NCBI RefSeq assembly: GCF_963921235.1
Contig: NC_086108.1
Location: forward strand, 49,354,001 to 49,418,000
Direction: 5' to 3'
From: Mobula hypostoma
Lineage: Eukaryota
Length of the DNA stretch: 64,000 bases
How positions within the stretch are numbered: position 1 is the stretch's first letter; each line of letters opens with the position of its first letter. The notes under the pieces were generated by a model, which saw nothing but the letters and a program-made list of their open reading frames with translations, did no database searches and was not told the DNA's origin. Of this stretch, positions 27,437-40,059 are shown piece by piece. The position numbers were made by a program, and so were the translations under genes.

Positions 27437-28162
27437 TGGCGTCAGCGAACAACGCTAACACAGGCAACATTCTCAAGATGGTCCATGAAACTGCTTTTTC
27501 CCTCTTCTTTTACTTTCCTCGTCTTTTTCTTTCAAATGTGGCTCTGCTACTGTTGGAGCTTGTGATCTACGGTTTGATGGTGTGTTTTTGGGTCGATTGT
27601 GCCATCTGGTGCTTTGCTGTCTCAGCATTCCAGGAGGCCAGCAGCCTCCTTGAGGCCAAGAAATTTGGAGACGACGATCGACTCCACTTCTCGCAGATTT
27701 CACCAATTTAAAGCAGCGAGGAAGATTGAAAACATTGAGGCATGCGCGGAAGTCAAACAAGTGTTCAAGCTGTCTGTCTCACTGCTGCCCGAGAAGGGGT
27801 CTGTGTGTGACGGTGTCTTTCTCCAGTGATGCTGTCGGAAGATGGTGCCGGAGGAAGGTTTAATTGTTGCGATTTGTGGATTTGACTGCAGTTCACATTA
27901 TGATGTGTTTGTATCAAAGCGGCCTGTGGGTAAACTGAGCTGAACTGGACATGGACTCTTTTATATTCTGTGTTTTCACTTGTTCTTTTTGTTGCTTTTT
28001 GCGCGATTTGTTTCTTGCACATGGTGGGGGGGGGTGCAGGGTTGATGTTTCTCTTTGAACAGGTTCCACGGCTCTCTTTGCTTTGTGGCTGTCTGTGGGA
28101 AGACAAATCTCAGTTTTATACTGCATACATACTTTGATAATAAATGTACTTTGAATCCTTTG
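27437..28162 (+). mobile_element. Non-autonomous retroelement with Rex-like 3' tail
   Basis: Interrupts CR1 text (..GGGCTTGACA | AGGTAGATGCAG..); ends in TACTTTGATAATAAATGTACTTTGAATCCTTTG, a tail shared with other copies in the window. Confidence 0.5.
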
Positions 28163-30245
28163 AAGGTAGATGCAGATACGGTGTTTCCCCTAGCTGGAAT
28201 ATCTAGAACAGTCAAAACAAGGAATCAGTCATCGGGACTGTGACAAGTAGAGATTTCTTCACTCAGTGATTTTGAATCTTTGGACTTCTGTCCTGAAGGG
28301 ACTGTGGGAGCTCAATTCCTGTGTGTATATCTCATTGTAGGCAGAGATCTATAGATAAAGGGAGTCAAGAATTATGGGGTATGTGCAGGCAAGTGGCACA
28401 AAGATAAAAGATCAACTGATCTTATTGAATGGCTGAGGAAGTAGAAGGAACCTACAAGGTGGCCTATACCTGCTCCAACACCTTTTTGTCTGTAAAGAGA
28501 ATCAGCACTGATATGTGTGAAATAACAACTGTATTCTTCACCTCAGTTTGTTCACAATAATTTGCAGTAGAAAAATAATCAATTTATTTCGTGAAAATTG
28601 GTCTCTAAATTAGAGAGGCAGAAGAAAGCATAAATGTGGTTTGAAAGCTACAGGAAGGGCTCAAATGTGATGAGAGAGGTTAATGTGGCAAGTCAGGGAT
28701 TTGAAGGTGTGGACAAAAGATTCTAGATTTAATGTATGGGGTGCTAGTGAAATTTGGTATTGGGACTACACAAGAATTGAGGGCAACATGTTCAGGTTTG
28801 CATTTATGATATATTAAAAAAGAGTTAATCATCAAAATGTTAGTAAAGTTGTAAATGAGGTTCTCAGACAAATTTTGTGCCATGAAAATAAATTTGCCAT
28901 AGTAAGAATTAGAATTATAGAGCCTGGAAGCAGGCTCTTCATCCCAACTGGTCCATGCTGACCAAGATACCAATCTAACCTCGTCCCTTTTACCAGTGTT
29001 TGGCCAATAACCATCTAAGCCTTTCTAAACTAGGTACCAGTCTAATTGTCTCTTAATATGCTTTCCAACATGCTTGATGGATGTTATTTTCAGTTCTACT
29101 CTTAGTTCAGCTAATTGATAGATGCTCAGATCGACTCCTGTTAGATAAAGAAGAAATTTCAGTTTTATCAATTCTTGCATAATATAAAAATAGGTTTGAA
29201 AGTTGCGCTTTATGGCTGCCTGCAAAAGATTAAAGTCCAAGGAATGTTGCCAACGATTATCCTTATCAGTATCTGTACAAGTTGGATCTTTTCTAAGTGT
29301 GTTGCCAAATAAGTAAATAACAATTCAGGAACTCGATATATTTCTACAGTGAATTAAAGGATATTGTTAATATTTATAAATTCCAAATTGATCCCATAGG
29401 TCAATTTTTTTTAAATTAGGCAGCTTTTGTTTACCTAGGTAACTATACAGTTAACATCTGTAATTTATAAAGGAATTTAATCTTTAATCAAGATAAGGGC
29501 TTGAAAATGTTTTTTAAAAACTGGAGTGCTTACAATCTGATCTTAGAACAGCAGGAAACTAAAATGCATTTAGTGATGTAGTTAAATGAAAGTCTCGCTG
29601 CCTTTCTGATTTTTATGACTAACAGTTGATTATGCGGAGAATACTAAGAGTGTTTGGGAAGGAAGGTGAGGACAAAATAAATTCTAATGTCTACTTAGAT
29701 TTGTTAAAGCCGTAACAGAGACACAGCTGAGAGAAGGAGCTGGCAGCTCAATGTTCCAAGACACAGATGCCATGGGCATGACAGGTAGAAGATGAGAGGG
29801 GAACAAAACCGCAGTGCTTGAAAATTGTATTTGTTGGGGGGGGGGAGGTCATCCAGTGAGGCCAAAAGGGTAAAAATTTGAAGAGAGGAAATTCAGCACA
29901 CGAAACGCTTGGTGAACTCAGTGGGTCAGGCAGCATCTGTGGAGGGAAATTGACAGGCGATGTTTTGGGATGACAACATTCGCCACATCTGGAAAGAAAG
30001 AGGTGAGATTGCCAGTATAAAAAGATATGGGGAAGGATGAAGCAAGAGCTAGTGGCTGATAGGTGAATGCAGGTGAGAAGAGAGAGAAAGGCAGGTGAAG
30101 GAAGGGAAGAGTAGGAATGATATAAGCAGCTGGAAAATGGCAAATAGAAGTGATGAAGGGCGAAAGTAGATGACATCTGGTAGGAGAGGACAGGGCTGAG
30201 AAGAGGAAATGGATCAAAGTTCAAAGTAAAATTTATTATCAGAGT

Positions 30246-30532
30246 CTCTCTCTCTCTCTCTCTCTCTTCGACTGTCCATCAATTTTCAATGTTGACTGAG
30301 GCCTGGGCAAGGTAGTATGGAAGACCAGCAATTGCCCATGCTGCAAGTCTCCCCTCTCCACGCCACCGATGTTGTCCAAGGAAAGGGCACTAGGGCCGAT
30401 ACAGCTTGTCGTCGCAGAGCAATGTGTGGTTAAGTGCCTTGCTCAAGGACACAACACGCTGCCTCAGCTGAGTTTGAACTAGTGACCTTCAGATCACGAG
30501 ACTGATGCCTTAACCACTTGGCCACGTGCCAC
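30246..30532 (-). mobile_element. tRNA-derived SINE with (GA)n tail
   Basis: 11-bp TSD ATTATCAGAGT (30235-30245, 30533-30543); head GGCACGTGGCCAAGTGGTTAAGG (A box); core TGTGTCCTTGAGCAAGGCACTTAAC; homologous to 44834-45139. Confidence 0.85.
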
Positions 30533-31902
30533 ATTATCAGAGTACATACATGTTAGCATATACAGTCCTGGGATTCCTTTTCCTGTGGGTATACTCAGCA
30601 AATCTATAGAATGGTAACCGTAAACAGGACCAATGAACAACAAACTGTGCAAATACAAATATAAATAAAGAGCAATAAATAACGAGTATGAAATAAAATT
30701 AAATAAAAGAGCATGAGATAACAAGATTAAAAGTCCTTAAAGTGAGACCATTGGTAGCAGGAGCACCAGAAATAGAATGACTGTAGTTGTCCCTTTTTGT
30801 TCAAGAGCCCGATGGTTGAGAGGTAGTAACTGTTCTTGAACCTGGTGGTGCGATTCCTGAGACACTTGTGCGTTCTACCTGATGGCAGCAGCAAGAAAAG
30901 AGCATGGCCTGGGTGGTGAAGATCTTTGATGGACAAACGTACAGGTGATGGGCAGGTTGAGAGGTTGGCAAAGGGAAAAGGAAGTGTTGATGGGGTCATT
31001 GTGATAAGTGAAAACAAAGGGGGCAGCAGAGATGAGAGGTTAGAGCAATCAATGTTCATGCCATCAGATTGGAGACAACCCGAGGTGGAAGATGAAGAAC
31101 TCTTCACCTAATTTGTGTCAAGCCTCAGGCTTGGCAGTAGAGGAAGCGATGAACAGATTTGATGGTTGGAATGGAAGTGTAGTTTAATTTTAATCTTGCA
31201 GAAGTTGATTGGGTGGGATTGTTTGCAGGTAAAGAGATGACTGGCAAGTGTGAGGCTTTTGAAGGAGTAATGTTAAGAGTCTAGTAGTAGCACCTTTTCT
31301 GCTAGTGTGAAGGGCAAGGCTGGCAAATTTAGGGAACCCTGATTGATGAGAGATATTAAGGCTCTGGTCAGGAAAAAGGAGGCATGCATTTGGTTTAGAC
31401 AATTGGGAACAAGTAATCCCTCTGGCAATAAAATGTATCAGAGAACATATGTGGGAAGTTAGGAGGGCAAAAGATGGACGGTTGACAGGGTCAAGGAAAA
31501 CCACAAGAGATTCTAAAGAGGGAGGCTGAGGAGAGAATAGGACCTGTTAAAGATCAGCGTGGTCTTCTGTGTGTGGAGCCACAGGAGATGGGTGAGATGT
31601 TACTCAGTGACTCCATGGCTCTAAAAGAGCATGTTGGCTATTTTCTTTCATCATAATTATGCTTTTACTGTAGTCACTATACCTTCCAATCTTCTGTTTG
31701 TACATCAAATAATATTAGTCTTTTGATAGCATTGACCTTTTTTAAACAAATAAAGGAAATTGAAAAGCTGCCTAATTGCACAACTGTATTTACTTTGAAA
31801 TTATTGCAGATTCAAAGTAACAGCAAAATGTTATTTCAAATTTTCATTATATTCCATGAAAATATGTAATGAAAGTTATCGTCAAAGACCCGTTTTTAAA
31901 GA

Positions 31903-33066
31903 CAGCGGTCCCCAACCACTGGGCCGCAGACCGGTACTGGGCCGCAAAGCATGTGCTACCGGCCCGTGAGGAAACGATGTGATTTGGTGATATGAGTCAG
32001 CTGCACCTTTCCTCATTCCCTGTCACGCACTATTGAGTTTGAATGCACGCGAGGTCATTACCCGCGCGTCATCCATGTCAGCGCGGGAAGGAGATCAACT
32101 CCTCGAGTTTGCAAATGACAGCAGGCTGAAAAGTATGTTTGACATAACATCTCTGCCGGCATTCTGGATCAAAGTCCAGACTAAATATCCTGAGATAGCC
32201 ATGAAAGCACTGAAAACGTTGCTTCCATTTCCAACATATCTCTGCAATGAATGCAAAGAAAACTAAATTGCGGAATAGACTGGACATAAGGAACCCCCTT
32301 CGAGTATCGCTGCTTCCCATCACCCCTCGATTAGACTGTCTTGTTGCAGGAAAACAAGCCCAGGGCTCTCATTGATTCAGCGATACTGGTGTGTTGCAAT
32401 GATTTTATATGTTCATACGGGAAAATATGTGCTATGTGTTTAATATCCAAATGTTACTTAAAATGTTATGATGCTATTGATTTATATAACCATATAACAA
32501 TTACAGCACGGAAACAGGCGATCTCTGCCCTTCTAGTCTGTGCCGAATGCTACTCTCACCTAGTCCCACCGACCTGCACTCAGCCCATAACCCTCCATTC
32601 CTTTCCTGTCCATATACCTATCCAATCTTTCTTTAACTGATAATATCAAACCTGCCTCTACCATTTCTACTGGAAGTTCGTTCAAAACTTACTTCAAGCT
32701 CCCCTGTCCTCCCCTGATAATTGACTTATCACTATATTCATGCAAGGAAAATATGCACTGTGTGTTTAATATTAAATTCGCTAGATAAACCCTTTTAGAA
32801 ACAAAATTGAGTGTGTTAGCCACTTATCACCTCTATATTCCGGTCATGATTAACACCCCCCCCCCAAACAGAATCGCCAAAAACGATTTGTAGAAAAAAA
32901 TCGGCATGTACACGCATGCGCACTGGTGCCCGCGCAAGGCTTCATGGTCATTGTAGTCTTTCTAGGGGTAAACACAACGTATTTGACTGCTACTCTTGTC
33001 CGTTGGCAACCCTACCCCCCCTCGGGTCCGGCTGGTCCGCAGTGCAAAAAAGGTTGGGGGCCCCTG
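31903..33066 (+). mobile_element. hAT (Charlie/Buster-like) non-autonomous element
   Basis: TIR CAGCGGTCCCCAACC / GGTTGGGGGCCCCTG; 8-bp TSD TTTAAAGA; dimerization-domain remnant LPAFWIKV..KYPEIA.KALK.LLPF.TYLC; carries a CR1-like 3' fragment near 32490-32685. Confidence 0.87.
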
Positions 33067-33486
33067 TTTAAAGAGATACATAAAACAATAAAGCTTAAAA
33101 ATACGTTTTGTTCTTCTTGTCACAATATTAGACTGTCCACCCCACGAAACATTTCAGATTTCAGTTTGAATTGAAAATAATGGATGCTAATTTTAATCTG
33201 TATTGGACGTGCTCACATACCAAGGTCAATTATCAACTTGACATGATGGTTGCTTATCAGCAGCGGTTTATGGCCACTGTAAGCGTAAGGGAAGAAAAAT
33301 ACGTATAATGGATGTGTTGAAAATCATGAAATAATCACAGTCATAAATTTAAAATCTATTTCTTTTAATAACCATCATTTTTCCAGAGCAACTTTTGATG
33401 ATTTAAAAAAATCTAAAATTTACCCTCCTGTCTAGTTTTGATCATGTTCTTAGAATGTTTTTCTTTACTCATTTCTGCTTTCTCAG

Positions 33487-33653
33487 GTGTAAGTGTAATG
33501 GTCATGCCAGTGAATGTATAAAGAACGAATTCAATAAGATTGTCTGCAACTGCAAACACAATACAATGGGAACAGACTGTGAAACTTGCCAGCCATTTTA
33601 TAATGACCGACCTTGGCGGAGAGCCACGGCAGAAAATGCTAATGAGTGTCTAC
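33487..33653 (+). CDS. LAMC1: Laminin gamma-1 exon (LE repeat 1)
   Basis: tctcAG|G TGT AAG...CTA C|GTaagt; 167 bp; [55 protein letters not shown]; phase matches previous exon. Confidence 0.95.
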
Positions 33654-36600
33654 GTAAGTACAATAACCTTGAGTAGTTTGTAAAATTTCAGAATACTTTT
33701 AGCAGGATATATATGAACTTGTTCTGTCCCTTTATTGTTGATCAATAGAAATTGCCTCCTGAAATCATTTCATGATTCCAGGTGACGGTTGAGTGAATCC
33801 TGTTTGCAGTACATGCCGCAGTAATCATATTAAACTGGACTGAAGGTGAGAGCAATCATATTGTGAAACACATCCAACAGATAAAATAGAACCAAAAGTC
33901 AGAATTACACTGGGAAATATCAAAGCTGGTCTTCTGACAGACAGTAACAGATACATTAGTTATGTACCTAAGCTGAAGACTAACCTTCCAGCCATTACTC
34001 AGCATTTCAAAACAGGAGTTTCTGTGCTATGACGCTGCACTGATTTGAAATTCCAGTTCTCCATTTTTCTCCTTTTTGCAAATCCAATATCCTCTTCATC
34101 TACCCATGCACTTCTTGTTCCACTAATCCTTCAAATTTTGTTTTTATTTATGTTTATAAGGATCTTTACCTCTGGCATGGACTGCATTTATAGACCTTCC
34201 CCAGCTCCTTTTCACCTGAGCCATTTCAGCACATAGCAAAGTATCAGCCACGTTCATGATTCTGCTTTGGAGACAGGCTGAGGACAGGTGGCCTGATGAA
34301 CCATGGGGGACATAGGGATCGACTTCACGGAGATGTACAAACGTAGATTCTGCTGGATTGGGCAGACAGATGATAGATTAATTTTTTTCCAGAAAAATAC
34401 GGTAAAACTGATCATCCAAAATCCTTTTGGAATTATGTTATCTGGCCAACAGATTTTCCGGACGAATGGATATTATTCATATAACCCAACACACTTTAAA
34501 TTCACTTCTTTTCTACATGTTATATAGTAATATAATACATATTCAAGTGACCATGAAGTTTAAAGGAAGGGTAGGAATGGAGCCTTGAAGGATTTGAAGG
34601 GAGAGTGGATGAACTAAATTATAGGAAGTTTCAGCTTGGCCTGCTCTCTGGATCCCGGCTCTGGCCATAAACCCACCTGAGTTCAAGATGTCTGGTTTTC
34701 CTGGCTACAGCTGCACATTCTGTCCACGGTCAGTGATACGTACCTGATCTTGCAGTTAGTAGCTCCATGGATAATGAGGGCTTAATGTATTAATGAGTGT
34801 TCCATATGGTAAATCATTGGGATTTCCAAACAATTGGATGCCAGATTTTTGGAATTCTACACACATGAAGTTGCATCTTGATCAGAAGAATGTGAAAAGA
34901 CAATATTGAGGGTGCTTCTATGAAGGGTACAATAGCAGATCAGGGTTGGGGGAGAAGGGAATGTGCAGTTTGTTGAAAGTGGCAGAAAAGGCTGAGGAAG
35001 TGATTAGAGATGTAAGGGATCCTGGGTTTTGTAAAGAGTAGCACAGAGTACTATGAAAATCTTTTAGGTGACACTGATTTGCCATTATTGGAGTATTGTG
35101 TCCATTTCTGGACATATTAGGATAGTTAAGGGGCTGCAGAAGGATGTTTTTAGCAGTGGGGGACTTGTGTCATTAGACTGAAGACGCTGCTGTTACTCTC
35201 TTGGAACAGAGGGATATTTAAAATCTTGAAGGATTTAAACTGAGTTGATAGTGTGAAACTGAAATGAAATCGTCAAGAACTAGGACAAATAGATTGACTA
35301 TGGATGGCAAAGGAAACAGACGTAACATGTCACCTGCTCTGCTGATCTAATACAGACTTTCATCCTCTTCCTAGGTGGCATTTTGAGAGATGCTGTTGAG
35401 CAACTTGTGGAGATTATGGAAGTGGTTGTTATTGGGCGTTTATGTGTACCAATATTATTTGCCATTTGTCAATCTAGATCTGAATGTTGACCATGTTTTA
35501 CCACTGGGGAACCCATCTGTTTCTGAGGAAATGTAGGTGTATCTAAATCCTCTAATTATCAAGCTTCATTTGTTATCACAGAAAGGTATCCCTACTTCCA
35601 GCTCCCACTTGCCCAGTTTTGGCCTCTCTCCCTCCTTCCCCTCCCCTCCCCACCCCACCCTTGACCCAGGCATTTCACCCAGTAGTCATCCCCCCAACCC
35701 CCAAAATAAGTTCTAGTTCCATCTCCCATTCATCTCTCACTGGTAACCTTTGTATTCCTGTTTATCATCCTCCTAGCTATTTACACATCCACCCTCCCCT
35801 CACCGCTACTGGCTCCATCTGCTTGTGTTTTTGTCTGCTTGCGTTCACCTGCTTTTTCTATTATCCTTCACCCCTCCCGGGCCCTCTGGCTCCTGACTCA
35901 CCAATTCCACTCTCCTCTTTCTGCTGTCTGTCTTCGCCTCTACAATGTTGGACCTGATGCAGGGCTTCGATCCAAGAGATTCCTTCCCCCACCCCACTCC
36001 TCAGATGCTGTTTGACCTTCTGAGTTGCTCCAGCAGATTGGTTGTTACTCCTGAAATGTAATGTTCATCTGGACCGACGCTACAGTCTTCCGCTTTGTGT
36101 CTTTTACAGAACGTAAACTGAATACCAGTGAGAAAATGTCATGTGGCAGAGTTGCTGGCATCACATTGAGTCACTTTGCTGATAACTGCAAATTGGATAT
36201 GTTCTGCATTTTGAGCTAAGGACATAACACGAACCATTTTCTGTTTTGTCTGATAAGTGCTGAGTTGTATTTGTACTTGGGACAGCTTACCTGGATGCAC
36301 AACCAGTATTGAAGCTTGAAGTTTTCAACACAACAGACACTCATTGCTATCCTCAATAAACGCAACTGTTCGCTTAGTCCTTTTGACTAATAGACTGTTG
36401 TACTTGGATGTCAGTACAGAAGTCACTGAAGATGAACACAATCACCGAGTTACTGCTTCCCATTCATTGTTTAATTTTCCACCACTTTCTGCACCTGAAT
36501 TTGGCTGAAATGCAGAGCTTTGAGCCAATCTTTCAATGGTGGGATCCCTTCTCACTGTCTGTTGTATGCTGCCTTTTCTGTTTAGGACAGTGCTTTAGAA

Positions 36601-36849
36601 GTCTTTTTATTTCAGCTTTGCCAGAATAATACCTGATTATTAGTTACACATAGAATGGCCGCTGAGGTGCTCATTGGTACTCTTCATTGAGCCAGGGTTG
36701 TAATTCTGGGTTGGTGTTTGCAGAGTCAAGAATATACAAGGCGATGAGGTTAAAGATGTACTGGCAGTCCCTTCATTATGCATACTCATTTGTGACCTGC
36801 TAGATTTGTAACTCAACATAGTGTCAGTGCTTTGGAGAGTGCATCCATC

Positions 36850-38500
36850 ATAGGAACATAAAATATAGAACTCTACCTTCCTGGGCAAGCCATTCGCATC
36901 ATCATTTTGTCTCAACCTTGATGCCACTTTACACTAAATGTCCTGCTCCTGTGTATCATCCAGATACTTCCATTTCAGTCATATTCATGTGTTAATCTAA
37001 AAGCCTCTTAAACTCCACCAAGTTGCCTGATTCCACTCCTATCCTTAGTACCTATTCTAGGCACCTACCACTCACTCTCTGTTTTAAAAAAAACATAAGC
37101 TTACCCCTTCTGTTACCTTTAACAACCCCCCCCCAATAATTTTAAAAGATTGTCCTCTGTTATTTGACATATGTAGACTAGAGAAAAATTATGACTGTCT
37201 ACCTTATCCATGCCTTTCATAATTTAAAAAAACCTCTATCAGGTCTCCTCTTAGACACTGACACCTGAGGGAGAAGAACTCAAGTTTGTCCAAACTGTTC
37301 TTTAGCTCGTACACTTTAGTCCAGGCAGCATCCTGGTGAACCTCTGCACCCTTTCCATGGTCTTCACATCCTTTCTGTAATGGAACTGCATACAATACTC
37401 CAAGTGTGGTCTGACTAAAGTTTTATAAAGCTGCAGCATGACTTCCTTATTCTTATACGCAGTACTCTTACTAATGAAGGCAAGCGTGCTGTACGCTACC
37501 TTTAGCACCTCATCAACTTGCATAGGCACTTCCAGTGAACATAGAACATAGAATAGTACAGCACGGTACAGGCCGACCCTCAAACCCTGCCCCCCATATA
37601 ACCCCCCACCTTAAATTTCTCCATATACCTGTCTAGTAGACTCTTAAACTTCACTAGTGTATCTGCCTCCACCACTGACTCAGGCAGTGCATTCCACGCA
37701 CCAACCACTCTCTGAGTAAAAAACCTTCCTTTAATATCCCCCTTGAACTTCCCACCCCTTACCTTAAAGCCATGTTCTCTTGTATTGAGCAGTGGTGCCC
37801 TGGGGAAGAGGTGCTGGCTATCCACTCTATCTATTCCTCTTATTATCTTGTATACCTCTATCATGTCTCCTCTCATCCTCCTTCTCTCCAAAGAGTAAAG
37901 CCCTAGCTCCTTTAATCTCTGATCATAATACATACTCTCTAAACCAGGCAGCATCCTGGTAAATCTCCTCTGTACCCTTTCCAATGCTTCCACATCCTTC
38001 CTATAGTGAGGCGGACTCGGACCCCAATATCCCTCTGTAACCCAGTGCTCTTAAGGGGTTTACCATTGACTGTGTACTTTCTCTTTTCACTTGACCCCCA
38101 AAAGTACAACATCTCACCTAATTTCCATCTGCTGCTTCTTTGCACACATCTGTATCTGGTCTATATCACGCTATATTTTTCAATTTTTACGCTGTCCACT
38201 ACTCTCTTAGTCTTGGTGTTGACTGCAAATTTGCTAATCTGCCCATCTACATTTTCATCCAAATAATTGATATACATCAAACAATAGGGATCGATGCTAG
38301 CAGAACACCACTGGTTACCGAGCTTCTGCCAGAATAACAGACTTCCATCCTTGCTCTGTCTTCTATGGGCAAGATTCAAATGAAAACTTGCAATTCACCC
38401 TGGATCCCATGCATCTTAATCTTCTGAATTGACCTACCATTAGGTATCTTATCAAATGCCTTATGTGTCCATGAACATAATGTTCACTGCCTTACCCTTA
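36850..38500 (-). mobile_element. CR1-like LINE with a younger nested CR1 3' copy (~37537-38013)
   Basis: LERVQRRFTRMLPGLE...RRMRGDMIEVYKI...FFTQRVV..WNALP; (TTCTATG)n-type tail; older copy YKTLVRPHLEYC. Confidence 0.85.
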
Positions 38501-39870
38501 GCAACTCCTTACGGAGATGCAATGTTGTGTCTATCAGCACTGCAGTATCTCCTTCTTTGTGATGGATAGCTACTTGGTTGGTTACTGAGGGCATTGTCAA
38601 GTAAGATTTTCCTTTGGTTTTCCACTGCCTCCTGCAGTCCTTGTTCAGCAATCGTATCCTTCAAGAAATGTCCATCTCGCTTATTTTTAATGTCCCCTAC
38701 CAGAGTACATTATGTTCTGGGTAGCCCCATTATGGCTTGCAAGTGACAGTCATTGTTAAAGAGCATTGTTAGAAATCTCTCTAACTTATCATTGGTTGCT
38801 GTCAACTTAGCATAGGTTTGGCTTGACATTAAACTTGAATCTGTTCACTTACTTTTGATGTCTTGTCCATGTGCATCTAGTTGTCCCCATTCCATGGAAG
38901 CTGCGAACTTTTGTTCAGATAACCTCATTAAAATCATGTCTGGTGCTTACTTGTCAAAATGCATAGGTAGGAAATTATTATGGAGGAGTTGAAAATAAAT
39001 TTGGGTTTGCTGGGCATGAGTCTTTCTGTTAAGTTTCTCGTAAGTAATTTTTTTAAAATTTAAGTACAATAATGTTGGAAGATCTGGCATCCTCAAAGCT
39101 TTGCTGGACTGGCATATTTTCTACCTTATTGAAATTAATCCTCTTAATATCCCAGTACTGTATTATTAGATATTTTTCTTCTAAGTAGTATAATAAATCT
39201 ACCTATGAACCTGATTTAAAATTAAATGGAGAGTAGAAACAGGGCTCAAGTGAGTTTGAGGGAACTGTGGAAAATGGGGGGCTTATATGAGCTTGAAGGG
39301 AGCATGGGAAATGGCACCCTTTGAGCTAGATGCCGAATTGTTAAGATTTCTGAACAATTGAATAGTAGATTATTGGAGTTTCATTGTGTAATATTTTAGA
39401 TGAATATTTAAAATGAATGCTGCAAAGTGGTGCTGGAAGTGAAGAAAGAGCCGATCGGAAGATCCCGTCACGTGTATACTCAGTGGTAGAATCAAGAATT
39501 TATGGCACTTTGAGGAGCCATTCAACGTATCAGTCATATCCATTTAAGCCCAAAGAATGTTATTGAGACCATTTATTCAACTGAGCTGGTAACCATAAGG
39601 TGATCTAAATATTGCTTTATTTGGAAGGTTTGAAAAGAAAAACAATTGTTCCTTAATGCCTCAAAATACTTTGCTGCCAATAAAACACATTTTAAATCAC
39701 TATCACTAAGACCTGAGAGAAAATGTAGTCAGCCATATTCCACAATGTGATGTGCAATGTAAAGGTTACTTAATAGATTTTGAAATGTTGATAGAGAGGT
39801 AAGCATTGGCCAGTGTTGCTTAGTAGTAATTCTGCTAATTAAGTTGCATTTCAATTTCTGCTCTTGGCAG

Positions 39871-40059
39871 CTTGTAATTGTCATGGCAAATCTGCGGAAT
39901 GCTACTTTGATGCTGAGCTTTACCGAGCCACAGGACATGGTGGTCGCTGCCGCAACTGTATTGACAACACGGACGGTCCTAATTGTGAGAGGTGCAGAGA
40001 CAATTTCTACCGCCAGGGTCCAGAAGCTCCATGTTTACCTTGCAATTGCAGTCCTATTG
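39871..40059 (+). CDS. LAMC1: Laminin gamma-1 exon (LE repeat 2), GC donor
   Basis: ttggcAG|CT TGT...ATT G|GCaagt; 189 bp; [64 protein letters not shown]; only the GC donor keeps frame with the next exon. Confidence 0.92.

Noticed and set aside
30480..30532. tRNA gene
   Set aside because: tRNA-like head of a SINE with TSD and tail; no complete cloverleaf seen
33484..33494. CAG|GTGTAAGT as a recursive splice site after an 18.5-kb intron
   Set aside because: Explained by the conserved R-C-K-C codons; no independent support without RNA data
34398..34862. Possible old Tigger-like MITE (similar text near 39065-39390)
   Set aside because: Termini too degraded to define TIRs or a TSD
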